From Pseudomonadota bacterium (GTDB taxonomy: Bacteria > Pseudomonadota > Gammaproteobacteria > JAKAQQ01): DNA of 64,000 nt. The stretch is taken from assembly GCA_021839245.1 (NCBI GenBank), contig JAKCBQ010000001.1, positions 41,032-105,031 of the forward strand, read 5' to 3'. Positions 20,649-29,703 of the stretch are shown here, piece after piece. The stretch's first letter is position 1, and every line of letters begins with the position of its first letter. The notes below the pieces were generated by a model that saw only the letters and a list, made by a program, of their open reading frames with translations, was not told the origin of the DNA and made no database searches. The position numbers and the translations under genes were made by a program.

Positions 20649-21671
20649 ATGAGTGAACGAACACGCATACGTGACATACCCGTCGTTCCCGCCGGCCAGA
20701 AATACAGCCGCCCGGAGGGATTCACCGCTATCCGCCACGGGGCGAAAGCGCGCGAAGTGGGCGACCCGCCACAACAGTTGGCACAAAGGAAGCCGGCCTG
20801 GCTCCGGATCTCGATGCCGGGTGGTGCCGATTATGAGCGCGTTCACGCCTTGGTGGAACATCATTCTCTTCATACCGTATGTCAGGAAGCTTTATGCCCC
20901 AACATTGCCGAATGCTGGAGTCGCGGAACGGCGACTTTTATGATTCTCGGCGCTGTTTGCACGCGGGCTTGCCGTTTTTGCGCGGTCGATACCGGCAATC
21001 CCCGGGGTTGGTTGGATCCTGAAGAACCGGCTCATACGGCCCGTGCTGTAGAACTCATGGGTCTGCGCTATGTGGTCCTGACTTCTGTGGATCGGGACGA
21101 TTTGCCCGACGGAGGCGCCAGCCATTTCGCGGCATGCGTTCGAGCCATACGCCTTCGGACACCCGAAGCTCAAGTGGAAGCTCTCACGCCCGATTTCCGG
21201 GGCTCGGAAGAGGCTGTCGCGGTCGTCCTCGATTCTGGTGTGGATGTTTACGCCCAGAATCTCGAGACCGTGGAACGGCTCACCGCTCGGGTTCGTGACC
21301 CGCGCGCTGGCTACGGGCAGACATTGGCTGTCTTGGCCTATGCCAAAACCCACCGTCCGGACATCTACACAAAAACCAGTCTTATGCTGGGCCTGGGGGA
21401 AACGGACGAGGATCTTGAGGCCTGCTTCCGTGATATCCGCTCGGCCGGAGTTGACATCCTGACACTGGGGCAGTATCTCCAACCGACCCGCAACCACCTT
21501 CCTGTTGAAAGGTTTGTCCCTCCTGAAAAGTTCCGGATTTACCGGGATCAAGCTCTCAGACATGGTTTCCACGAAGTCGTGGCCGGTCCGCTCGTACGCT
21601 CAAGCTACAGAGCCGAGCAAGCCTTTGCTCGCAACAATGCGGGGCTGAATGGAGGAGGGGTGAAGGCGTGA
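20649..21671 (+). CDS. lipA: lipoyl synthase
   Basis: Both LipA cysteine motifs: [12 protein letters not shown] and the radical-SAM motif CTRACRFC. Confidence 0.9.
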   Translation: MSERTRIRDIPVVPAGQKYSRPEGFTAIRHGAKAREVGDPPQQLAQRKPAWLRISMPGGADYERVHALVEHHSLHTVCQEALCPNIAECWSRGTATFMILGAVCTRACRFCAVDTGNPRGWLDPEEPAHTARAVELMGLRYVVLTSVDRDDLPDGGASHFAACVRAIRLRTPEAQVEALTPDFRGSEEAVAVVLDSGVDVYAQNLETVERLTARVRDPRAGYGQTLAVLAYAKTHRPDIYTKTSLMLGLGETDEDLEACFRDIRSAGVDILTLGQYLQPTRNHLPVERFVPPEKFRIYRDQALRHGFHEVVAGPLVRSSYRAEQAFARNNAGLNGGGVKA

Positions 21672-21824
21672 CGAGCGCTTAGGCTTCCCCAGCTTGGGAT
21701 GGATTTGGGGGTATGTGCTCTACACGTTGGCTCTTTTTGCTTCGATGTGGTACATTCTTCGCAGTGTCGGCGGGTTCCGTCGAGAGCGGTCTTCCCCGGC
21801 AGCCACCTATCTGATGAGGTCACC

Positions 21825-23138
21825 ATGAGAAAAGGCTACTGTTTGCGACTGTCTTGGATGGGCGTATGCGCTCTGGCGGTTGCTCTCTTACTCAACCCCA
21901 AGGCCGCGATGGCCAACCGTCTGGGACAGCACTATTCCCATAACAGGTACATGCTGAATCACACGGACTACTTGCACATCAAGCGGGCCGAGCATTTGAT
22001 TAACCGGAAGGAATACGCGCGCGCGCGTCAGGGCCTCGTCTCCTTTCTGTCGTTCGTCCGTTACGACCGTTACCCAAAGGCTTTGGTGCTTGATCTCATT
22101 GCCGAAACCTATCTCGACGAAGGGAACTATCGAGGGGCCGTTCCCTACATGGAACGGGCTCTGGCCGTCCACGGGTTGCCTCGTGCTCAACAAAGGAACC
22201 TGTCCTACAACTTGGTGATCGGGTACGTGAACATGAGGCGTTATCACGCCGCGCTCAATCTCCTCAACCACATCCTCCCGCAGTTCCGTCATCCACCTCT
22301 TTCGCTCCTCTCATTTGCCGCCGTCGTCCATTATCAGGCTGGCGATTATGCGGGAGCGACTCATTATGCGCGAGAAGTCCTGGCCGCTGATCATACCGCC
22401 GGGAAAACACCCGATAAGTCGGCGTACGAAATCATCCTCAACTCGGATGTCAAAGATAAAAATTATGCTCAGGCCGCACACACCCTTCATGCCATGCTCC
22501 GCTATTGGCCGCACAACGGTGCCTATTGGTCCGCATTGGTCAGTACAGAGCTTGAAATGAAGCACGACCGACGTGCGCTGGGAACGCTCAACCACGCTTA
22601 TCAGTTGGGTTTGATTCGTGATCAAGCGGATCTGAACAACCTGGTTTCTTTGGAGCTCTCCTACGGCAACCCGGTTACTGCGGCCACCCTCCTTAAGTCT
22701 CTCATTGCCTCGGGACGTATTCCCAATTCACAGCGCAACAAAGAGCTTCTCGTCGCCGCCTGGGCAAGAGCGCACAATACGGTAGAACTCGCTCGGGCTG
22801 TGGCGGCGGCCGCCCCGGGTGCGAAATCGGGCAGCATGTACATGTACGAAGCCAGCATGTGTTATCAGAAGAGCGACTGGGTCTGTGTGACGCGCTCTGT
22901 TCGCAAGGCTCTCGCCAAGGGGGCTATGAGCAGAACCCAAACCGGGAATGCATACGTTCTTCTTGGTACGGCCTACGTGAAGAGAAAACTGTATGGACCT
23001 GCTCTTCCTGTGTTCAAAAAGGTTCTTGCCGGTTACGGAGCGGGTGTGCACAAGCAGGCCGCTCAGTGGATCAAGTACCTGAACTATCGCTTGAGCATTG
23101 AGGAGGCCCGTCACGGACCCGGTGTCCTCAAACCGTAA
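21825..23138 (+). CDS. secreted TPR-like repeat protein
   Basis: Signal peptide MRKGYCLRLSWMGVCALAVALLLNPKAAMA followed by helical-repeat sequence. The ORF track starts 42 codons upstream, before the signal peptide. Confidence 0.5.
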   Translation: MRKGYCLRLSWMGVCALAVALLLNPKAAMANRLGQHYSHNRYMLNHTDYLHIKRAEHLINRKEYARARQGLVSFLSFVRYDRYPKALVLDLIAETYLDEGNYRGAVPYMERALAVHGLPRAQQRNLSYNLVIGYVNMRRYHAALNLLNHILPQFRHPPLSLLSFAAVVHYQAGDYAGATHYAREVLAADHTAGKTPDKSAYEIILNSDVKDKNYAQAAHTLHAMLRYWPHNGAYWSALVSTELEMKHDRRALGTLNHAYQLGLIRDQADLNNLVSLELSYGNPVTAATLLKSLIASGRIPNSQRNKELLVAAWARAHNTVELARAVAAAAPGAKSGSMYMYEASMCYQKSDWVCVTRSVRKALAKGAMSRTQTGNAYVLLGTAYVKRKLYGPALPVFKKVLAGYGAGVHKQAAQWIKYLNYRLSIEEARHGPGVLKP

Positions 23139-23423
23139 TGGTCGGTCAGACTCTGTCCATTTAACCAGACCATCCAGAGGGGCCAACTGACGACTCGGTT
23201 GGCCCCTTTATTGATTCACGGCTTTGAGACTACAAGTGAAGGGACCCGAGCTTCTGGGGGCATTGAGATATGTTCCTATTTGTTTGATGTGTTTTTTCAT
23301 TGAGATCAGAAAAATCAATAAGATGACAACCATCACGCTCTGGGAGCAGACGTGACAGGAAACTTATTTGAAATAGACGTATAGTGCATCTCAGCTCTCT
23401 AAATACTGGTGGGAGATTTTCGG

Positions 23424-23969
23424 GTGGGCGCAGAACGGAACTTCTTCCCCTTTGGATATGGATCCATACTCGTCTTGGCAGCTGTGCTTGTTGGGTGCAC
23501 CCCCTATTACCAGGCTGGCCAAGGGGGCTACTCGGCATATTCCACGCAGGACTTGGGGGGAACATATCAGTACGGAGGTTTTGAGGACACGTTTGGTCCT
23601 CCATCAGGTGGTTGGATCTATGGAAGCTTTGGGTACCCGAATCTTTATCCACTGTCCCCCAACTGGTATGTGTCTCCTTACCCCTATAGCCCCTATCCTG
23701 TGTACGGGCCGCCGGTGTTCGTGGGATCACCGCCCACCCCGCCACCTCCGCCAAGCGGACCTTTACCACCACCTCCGCCGGGCGGTAGCCCGCCGCCTCC
23801 CCCGCCTGGGGCTGGACCTCCTCCTATGGGCCCGCCTAATCCCGCCCCCGTGGGCCCACCGCCTCCTCCCGCCGGACCGCCCGGTGGAAGATACTCGCCA
23901 TTAATGCCGACGATTCCCAACCCAGCACGTCCCCATCCCTGCCCCAGAGGCAAGCTCGTATGCCCCTAA
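23424..23969 (+). CDS. Tyr/Gly/Pro-rich lipoprotein, family 1 (member a)
   Basis: GTG start chosen by nucleotide and protein homology to the 25549 N-terminus. Lipobox LVGC. A YQYGGFEDTFGPPSGGWIYGSFGYP...SPYPYSPYPVYGPP module is followed by a degenerate Pro-rich tail. It is a paralog of 27125 and the 28142 C-terminus. Confidence 0.55.
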   Translation: MGAERNFFPFGYGSILVLAAVLVGCTPYYQAGQGGYSAYSTQDLGGTYQYGGFEDTFGPPSGGWIYGSFGYPNLYPLSPNWYVSPYPYSPYPVYGPPVFVGSPPTPPPPPSGPLPPPPPGGSPPPPPPGAGPPPMGPPNPAPVGPPPPPAGPPGGRYSPLMPTIPNPARPHPCPRGKLVCP

Positions 23970-24119
23970 TTCTGGCCCGTCAACTTTTTTGAAGATTGTG
24001 CGTTTTAGTGATATGCAAAAATCACTGACGCCGGAGATGCTGATTGATCGAACAGAAGATGGTGAACGACTTGTGTAAAGCTGTCGCGCTTTGCGCTTCT
24101 TGCTCTTGAAGGAGGATTT

Positions 24120-25076
24120 ATGAAACACAAAACCCGATGGTACGCCTGTGCTCTTTTGGTTGTTTCGCTCGCATTGATTCCTGCACCCAAAGCACGAGCG
24201 GGTTTTTTTATCGGTCTCAGCGGAGCTAACTTCGCCTTTTCCATCAACAGTGGTCTTGGCGTCTATCAGGCCGCGGAGTATCCTGGGTTTCTGTACTGCA
24301 CGAACGTCTTCTGTTACCGGTGGGCGGGTTACGGATGGTATTACGCACCCTGGGGCGGAGGGCCCTGGATGTTCGCCCCAGCCGATTTTTTGCTGCCCCC
24401 CCCTCTTGTCTATGGCCCGCCGCCTCCTCTGGTCGTCGTCTACAGGCCGTATTTCGTATGGTGGCGTGGGTACATCGGTCCCTGGTACGCCATTCACCAC
24501 CCCGTTTGGTGGCGTCAGAATCGCGTTTACATCACGCACTACACCGTATGGCGTACCCACGTGATTCGCACGTATGGGCCGCATGTCTCTTCCGCGGTCT
24601 GGACGCGACCCCGGGCCTTGGGCATGCGCCCTCGATTTTTGCCCAAGAGCCACCCAGATATTCGCTGGGCGCAGCACCAGTGGGCAAGAAACCGGCCGGA
24701 CCTTTACGGCCGAGCCCGTGTTGAAGCCTTTTATCGCCAGCATCCCCAGTTTGGTCGCGCGCGTCCGATGCGACAGCCGATCAGGCGCTTCGGCGGGCCT
24801 GCCGGGTTCCGTGGTCCTCGAGGCAGAGGTTTTCCGCAAGGTGGGATGGGCAACAGGATGCATCCTGTCCCCAACAGGGGTTACGGCTACCGGCAGGGGA
24901 GAGAAGGGCAGCCATTTCGTCCTGTCGGACCCGGCGTTCGTGGGCCGGGCAGGGTCTATGGAAGACCCATGGCTCCGGCGATGCGTCCACAGGGGTATCG
25001 CCCTGCTCCGCTGAGGCGTTTACCGCAGCGTGGTGGGGGCCCCCGTCGTTGTCGCAATCCCAGACACTGTTTCTGA
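24120..25076 (+). CDS. secreted Trp/Tyr/Arg-rich protein, family 2 (member a)
   Basis: Sec signal peptide. SNFAFSINSGLGVYQ...YRPYFVWWRGYIGPWYAIHHPVWW core. Very basic C-terminus ending CRNPRHCF. About 90% identical to 25549. Confidence 0.55.
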   Translation: MKHKTRWYACALLVVSLALIPAPKARAGFFIGLSGANFAFSINSGLGVYQAAEYPGFLYCTNVFCYRWAGYGWYYAPWGGGPWMFAPADFLLPPPLVYGPPPPLVVVYRPYFVWWRGYIGPWYAIHHPVWWRQNRVYITHYTVWRTHVIRTYGPHVSSAVWTRPRALGMRPRFLPKSHPDIRWAQHQWARNRPDLYGRARVEAFYRQHPQFGRARPMRQPIRRFGGPAGFRGPRGRGFPQGGMGNRMHPVPNRGYGYRQGREGQPFRPVGPGVRGPGRVYGRPMAPAMRPQGYRPAPLRRLPQRGGGPRRCRNPRHCF

Positions 25077-25102
25077 GGGCCTGAAAGTTCGCAAAATTCG
25101 TT

Positions 25103-25136
25103 CGTGGGGTGTCATGTTTGTGCATGACGCCCCACG
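25103..25136 (+). terminator. stem-loop (CGTGGGGTGTCATG/CATGACGCCCCACG) 3' of gene 24120, no U-tract
   Basis: Inverted repeat read from the sequence. The equivalent stem-loop with compensatory changes lies at 26558..26589 after the paralog. Confidence 0.35.
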
Positions 25137-25548
25137 AAGTGGTAGGAGACTACGACGTTTGTGACAATGGGTCGCACTTGTGCACTGGCGCAAAGGATGC
25201 TCAAAGACCTGTGGCCCCTTCAGTGAAGACGATTGATGCGTGAAAAACAAGATAACTGTCTTGGTAAACGCTGAGGAGGTCATTCCTTAAAAGCCCAAGC
25301 GTCTTCGCCTTTCCAACCTCTTTCCGATGAGGCTAATTCTAATTAGCGCGTCAAAGTGAACACAACCAGAATCCCGGAGGTTATCGAGTGATCCATATCC
25401 GGCGAGTTTTGCTTATTTAAATAAATAATATCAACATGATAATGATCATCAAGAGATTATGCATGAAGAATAAGTGGACGATTTGAAGTCGATGTATAGT
25501 AATGGTTAAATTCGCGGCTCAATCAACACCGAGGGAGGAGATTTTCAG

Positions 25549-26532
25549 ATGCGCGCAACGGGGAAGTTATTTTCTTGCAGATATTGGTCGATCCTTGTCA
25601 TGGCAGCGTTGCTTGTTGCCTGCACCCCTTATTATTACCAGGTTGGGCAAGGTGGTTACTACGCCGGCGGATCTAACTTCGCCTTTTCCATCAACAGTGG
25701 TCTTGGCGTGTATCAGACGGCGGGCTATCCTGGGTTTCTGTACTGCACGAACGCCTTCTGTTACCGGTGGGCGGGCTACGGATGGTATTACGCACCTTGG
25801 AGCGGAGGGCCCTGGATGATCGCTCCCGCCAATTATTTATTGCCTCCCCCTCTTGTCTATGGCCCGCCGCCGCCTTTGGTCGTCGTCTACAGGCCGTATT
25901 TCGTATGGTGGCGTGGGTACATCGGCCCTTGGTACGCCATTCACCACCCCGTTTGGTGGCGGCGGAATCGCGTTTACATCACGCACTATACCGTATGGCG
26001 TACCCATGTGATTCGGACGTATGGGCCGCATGTCTCTTCCGCGGTCTGGACACGACCTAGGGCTTTGGGCATGCGTCCTCGATTTTTGCCCAAGAACCAC
26101 CCAGATATTCGTTGGGCGCAGCACCAGTGGGCAAGAAGCCGGCCGAATCTTTACGGCCGAGGCCCTGTTGGAGCTTTTGATCGCCAGCATCCCCAGTTTG
26201 GTCACGCGCGCCCGATGCGCGCGATGCGGCAGCCGATCAGGCACTTCGGCGGACCTGCAGGGTTCCGTGGCCCTCGAGGCAGGGGTTTCCCGCAAGGTGG
26301 GATGGGCAACAGGATGCATCCTGTCCCCAACAGGGGTTACGGCTATCGGCAGGGGAGAGCAGGGCAGCCATTTCGACCTGTTGGACCCGGCGTTCGTGGG
26401 CCGGGCAGGGTCTATGGAAGACCTGCAGCTCCGGCGATGCGTCCACAGGGGTATCGCCCTGCTCCGCTGAGGCGTTTACCGCAGCGCGGTGGAGGCCCCC
26501 GTCGTTGTCGCAATCCCAGACACTGTTTCTGA
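25549..26532 (+). CDS. Trp/Tyr/Arg-rich lipoprotein, family 2 (member b); chimeric family-1-like N-terminus
   Basis: Lipobox LLVAC plus TPYYYQVGQGGYY are shared with 23424. From SNFAFSINSG onward it is near-identical to 24120, and the substitutions are mostly synonymous or conservative. Shine-Dalgarno GGGAGGAG precedes the ATG. Confidence 0.6.
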   Translation: MRATGKLFSCRYWSILVMAALLVACTPYYYQVGQGGYYAGGSNFAFSINSGLGVYQTAGYPGFLYCTNAFCYRWAGYGWYYAPWSGGPWMIAPANYLLPPPLVYGPPPPLVVVYRPYFVWWRGYIGPWYAIHHPVWWRRNRVYITHYTVWRTHVIRTYGPHVSSAVWTRPRALGMRPRFLPKNHPDIRWAQHQWARSRPNLYGRGPVGAFDRQHPQFGHARPMRAMRQPIRHFGGPAGFRGPRGRGFPQGGMGNRMHPVPNRGYGYRQGRAGQPFRPVGPGVRGPGRVYGRPAAPAMRPQGYRPAPLRRLPQRGGGPRRCRNPRHCF

Positions 26533-26557
26533 GAGCTTGAAAGTTCACAAGTTAATA

Positions 26558-26589
26558 CGTGGTGTGTCGTACGGACATGACGCACCACG
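26558..26589 (+). terminator. stem-loop 3' of gene 25549 (paralogous to 25103..25136)
   Basis: CGTGGTGTGTCGT/ACGGACATGACGCACCACG with G-U compatible changes relative to the first copy. Confidence 0.35.
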
Positions 26590-26605
26590 TGGGATCAGCC
26601 CAGGA

Positions 26606-27010
<405 letters not shown>

Positions 27011-27124
27011 CGCGGCGAAAGCCAAGGTGTTTTTATACAAGGCCTCAAGTTTGGCATTGTCAATGACATGCTGGCTCTCAACATTCATGTTTTTTATGAA
27101 AATTATCCTCATTAGACGTTCTGC

Positions 27125-27958
27125 ATGAAAAGTGATAGATTGAGTGTAAGTGAGACTTGTTCTCTGTCAGCAACTAGGCACAAAGTGAACAGGCGCAGAT
27201 GGGCTCATTTTTTTCGATGCGCGGCTCCGTTAGCCATGGCCATCACTCTAGGTCTCTCTGGTTGTGCAATCACACCCTACTCTGGGTCCCAGGCCTACGG
27301 TTGGTACTCCACATATGGAGGGGGAGGCGGAACCTACGACTTCAATGGCTTCCAGGAAACCTTCGGATGGCCAGGGGCATGGGAAGGGGGAAGCTATAAC
27401 TACCCTGGGTACTATGAATACAACTACCCGTACGTTCCTCCTTACTCCGCATATCCTTACCCTGTCTTTACCCAGTCTCCCCCGCCGCCTCCCGGAGGAG
27501 GGCCCCCGCCGCCTCCCGGAGGAGGGCCTCCGCCGCCTCCCGGAGGAGGGCCTCCGCCGCCTCCCGGAGGAGGGCCTCCGCCACCTCCCGGAGGAGGGCC
27601 TCCGCCACCTCCCGGAGGGGGGTTCCCGCCACCTCCTGGAGGGGGGTTCCCGCCACCTCCTGGAGGAGGGCCCCCGCCACCTCCTGGAGGGGGGTTCCCG
27701 CCATCTCCTGGAGGAGGGCCCCCGCCACCTCCTGGAGGGGGGTTCCCGCCACCTCCTGGAGGAGGGCCCCCGCCACCTCCTGGAGGAGGGCCCCCGCCAC
27801 CTCCTGGAGGGGGGTTCCCGCCATCTCCTGGAGGAGGGCCCCCGCCACTTGGTCCTCTTGGGGGAGGGCCATTTGGGCCGCCGCCCGGTGGCCCGCCTGG
27901 AGGAGGACCTCCGTCCCCTCCCGGCCCACCTGGTGGTGGACCACCGTTCAATCCCTAA
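27125..27958 (+). CDS. Tyr/Gly/Pro-rich lipoprotein, family 1 (member b) with (PPPPPGGG)n tail
   Basis: Lipobox LSGC. YGWYSTYGGGGGTYDFNGFQETFGWPGAWEGGSYNYPGYYEYNYPY module homologous to 23424 and 28142. It is followed by about 15 tandem PPPPPGGG units. The start codon is uncertain. Confidence 0.5.
   Translation: MKSDRLSVSETCSLSATRHKVNRRRWAHFFRCAAPLAMAITLGLSGCAITPYSGSQAYGWYSTYGGGGGTYDFNGFQETFGWPGAWEGGSYNYPGYYEYNYPYVPPYSAYPYPVFTQSPPPPPGGGPPPPPGGGPPPPPGGGPPPPPGGGPPPPPGGGPPPPPGGGFPPPPGGGFPPPPGGGPPPPPGGGFPPSPGGGPPPPPGGGFPPPPGGGPPPPPGGGPPPPPGGGFPPSPGGGPPPLGPLGGGPFGPPPGGPPGGGPPSPPGPPGGGPPFNP
27478..27846 (+). repeat. 24-nt tandem coding repeat (cctcccggaggagggcctccgccg)n encoding (PPPPPGGG)n
   Basis: Direct reading of the sequence: about 15 near-perfect units with G-to-F and P-to-S variants. 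It generates spurious long ORFs on the other five frames. Confidence 0.9.
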
Positions 27959-28141
27959 CCATCGCCGCTTCCCCAGCGCGTCCCGAGCCCTCTTCCATTA
28001 CCGAGGATGCCGCGGTCGTTTGATCCCTCATCTCTACCCTGGCGGGCGGGTCTCGTATCCCTAAGTTCGATGATCGTCAGACCAGTAAGTTCACAAGTCA
28101 TAGCTTGAGGGTTCAATTATTCATTTCTGGAGCACATCGCC

Positions 28142-28654
28142 ATGAAACATCGCAAACTATCGGCAGGCGTGCTCGCAGCCACTTGCCTCCTTCTGGTTTT
28201 GCCCCTAGCTAAAGCGGGATCTTCCGGCGCTGAGCACAGGCCCGACCATAAGCCCGGAGCCTCCCGTCCGGTATTTCGGCCGAGGCTTGTCTATCGTCTT
28301 CCCTTTCAAGATACGATGCATCTTTATCAGGGTCAGCATAGTCTCCAGATCAAACGTCGCAGTTGGCATGGATGTCAAAACCCGCGCCTCTGTGTCGAAT
28401 TGCCTCATCAGTGGTGCCTGTTTGGATGCGCAATCAAACTCGGCAGTTTTCCCCGCGTTAATCCCCAGGATTATGGTTGGTACACTGCGTACGGAGAAGG
28501 AGGAGGGCTAGTCAACAACATCTACGACATTGGTGGGTTCCAAGAAAACTTTGGCTGGCCGCCAAAGGCATGGGTGGGCGGAAATTACTACGATACCGGG
28601 TACTATGAATTCGGCTATCCGTATCTCTCTTATCCTGCCTACCCTAAACGCTAG
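28142..28654 (+). CDS. secreted Tyr/Gly-rich protein, family 1 (member c)
   Basis: Sec signal peptide (PLAKA/GSS). C-terminal YGWYTAYGEGGG...GGFQENFGWPPKAWVGGNYYDTGYYEFGYPYLSYPAYP module homologous to 27125 and 23424. Confidence 0.5.
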   Translation: MKHRKLSAGVLAATCLLLVLPLAKAGSSGAEHRPDHKPGASRPVFRPRLVYRLPFQDTMHLYQGQHSLQIKRRSWHGCQNPRLCVELPHQWCLFGCAIKLGSFPRVNPQDYGWYTAYGEGGGLVNNIYDIGGFQENFGWPPKAWVGGNYYDTGYYEFGYPYLSYPAYPKR

Positions 28655-28736
28655 TCCCTCTAGATCTCTGTAGCCGGTCTTTAATCAAACGATTGTCGTG
28701 ATCGTTTACGTGTCAGCGTCTCTTGTGCCCGTAACC

Positions 28737-28808
28737 AGATGACGTTTCCGACAACGTCTCACCAGACTAGAGATACCCATGATTCACATGTGAGAAAAAA
28801 TCGATTGC
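28737..28808. repeat. ~75-bp repeat element, copy B
   Basis: Homologous to 26606..26680. Located between the convergent genes 28142 (+) and 28839 (-). Confidence 0.6.
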
Positions 28809-28838
28809 CTCCCACTGGCATCATCGTTTGCCATATCG

Positions 28839-29432
28839 TCAAAGCTGTGACCAGCACTGATTCCAAAACTCGATCGCTGGGCTGTTATGTTCCCATCCCA
28901 GGCGGGAAATACTAGCGGCATCGAGACGCAATTGATCGCCAAACCGCAGATTCATGTCAAGCCAAATACAGGCTAGAGACCGCAAGATATGCCCGTGGGC
29001 GAAGCAAAGTATCTGCTCACAGCCGGCAGACGACCAACCTTTCAGCAGCCTCCGGCAGCGCCGACGGATGTCATGACGACTTTCACCTTCCGGCGCGCCG
29101 CAGCGAAAAATGCTCCAGTTGGGATTTTCTTGATGGATCTCGGCTGTGGTTTTGCCCTCATAGCGGCCGTAATACCATTCGTGAAGATCCGGTTCCACCC
29201 GTGGATCAAAACCGGCGATCATCGCCGTGTGACGGGCTCGCAGCAAAGGGCTTGTGTAGACACTGTCGAAACGGTATTTGCCGGCTTCGAAGTAGCGTCG
29301 TAATGCCTCGGCTTGATTTCGACCGTTGTCATTCAGGTCAAGGTCGGTGACCGAGGTATGCCTTCCCGTGGCCGCCCATTCCGTCATTCCGTGTCGGACC
29401 ATTGTGATGGAACGAATCGAAGAGTGGTTCAT
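28839..29432 (-). CDS. histidine phosphatase family protein (phosphoglycerate-mutase-like)
   Basis: N-terminal catalytic RHG motif (ITMVRHGMTEW) and a downstream conserved His (CFAHGH). Confidence 0.65.
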   Translation of the reverse strand: MNHSSIRSITMVRHGMTEWAATGRHTSVTDLDLNDNGRNQAEALRRYFEAGKYRFDSVYTSPLLRARHTAMIAGFDPRVEPDLHEWYYGRYEGKTTAEIHQENPNWSIFRCGAPEGESRHDIRRRCRRLLKGWSSAGCEQILCFAHGHILRSLACIWLDMNLRFGDQLRLDAASISRLGWEHNSPAIEFWNQCWSQL

Positions 29433-29703
29433 GGAGCACCTCGATGACGACGGCAGTCAGTGGAGAATCATTATGAGCGTGCTGGTGCTGCAGGTGTCGC
29501 CATGGATTGAGGTCCGCCTTTACAATCCAGGTCGCATGAGATATAGACGCCACGCCGCAGCAATCATTGGTGACGTTTTTGGTTTGTGTGCCCCGATCCA
29601 AATCCAGTCAGGATCATGACGGGCACTGAATTACTTCCTCGGAAGAGCATTGCCCGGAGGGAATGCGTGCCCCTTCCGTCGAAGGGTCAGTTTTAAAGCC
29701 TCA

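Noticed and set aside
23901-24863. 320-aa minus-strand ORF, and similar ones at 25837..26319 and 24781..25125, antisense to the Trp/Tyr-rich paralog genes
   Set aside because: The plus-strand frames carry signal peptides and lipoboxes. They have mostly synonymous or conservative differences between paralogs and are preceded by an RBS. The minus-strand ORFs are composition-driven, from GC-rich coding DNA, and have no features.
27478-27846. Possible CRISPR array, given regular direct repeats
   Set aside because: The units are contiguous 24-mers with no spacers, lie inside a coding frame, and encode PPPPPGGG. There are no cas genes. It is a coding tandem repeat.
27264-28064. Long ORFs on several frames across the 24-nt repeat (27264..28064 +, 27457..27951 -, 27468..27944 -)
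   Set aside because: These are artefacts of the perfect tandem repeat, which keeps every frame open. Only the frame continuing the lipoprotein signal and aromatic module is supported by paralogy.
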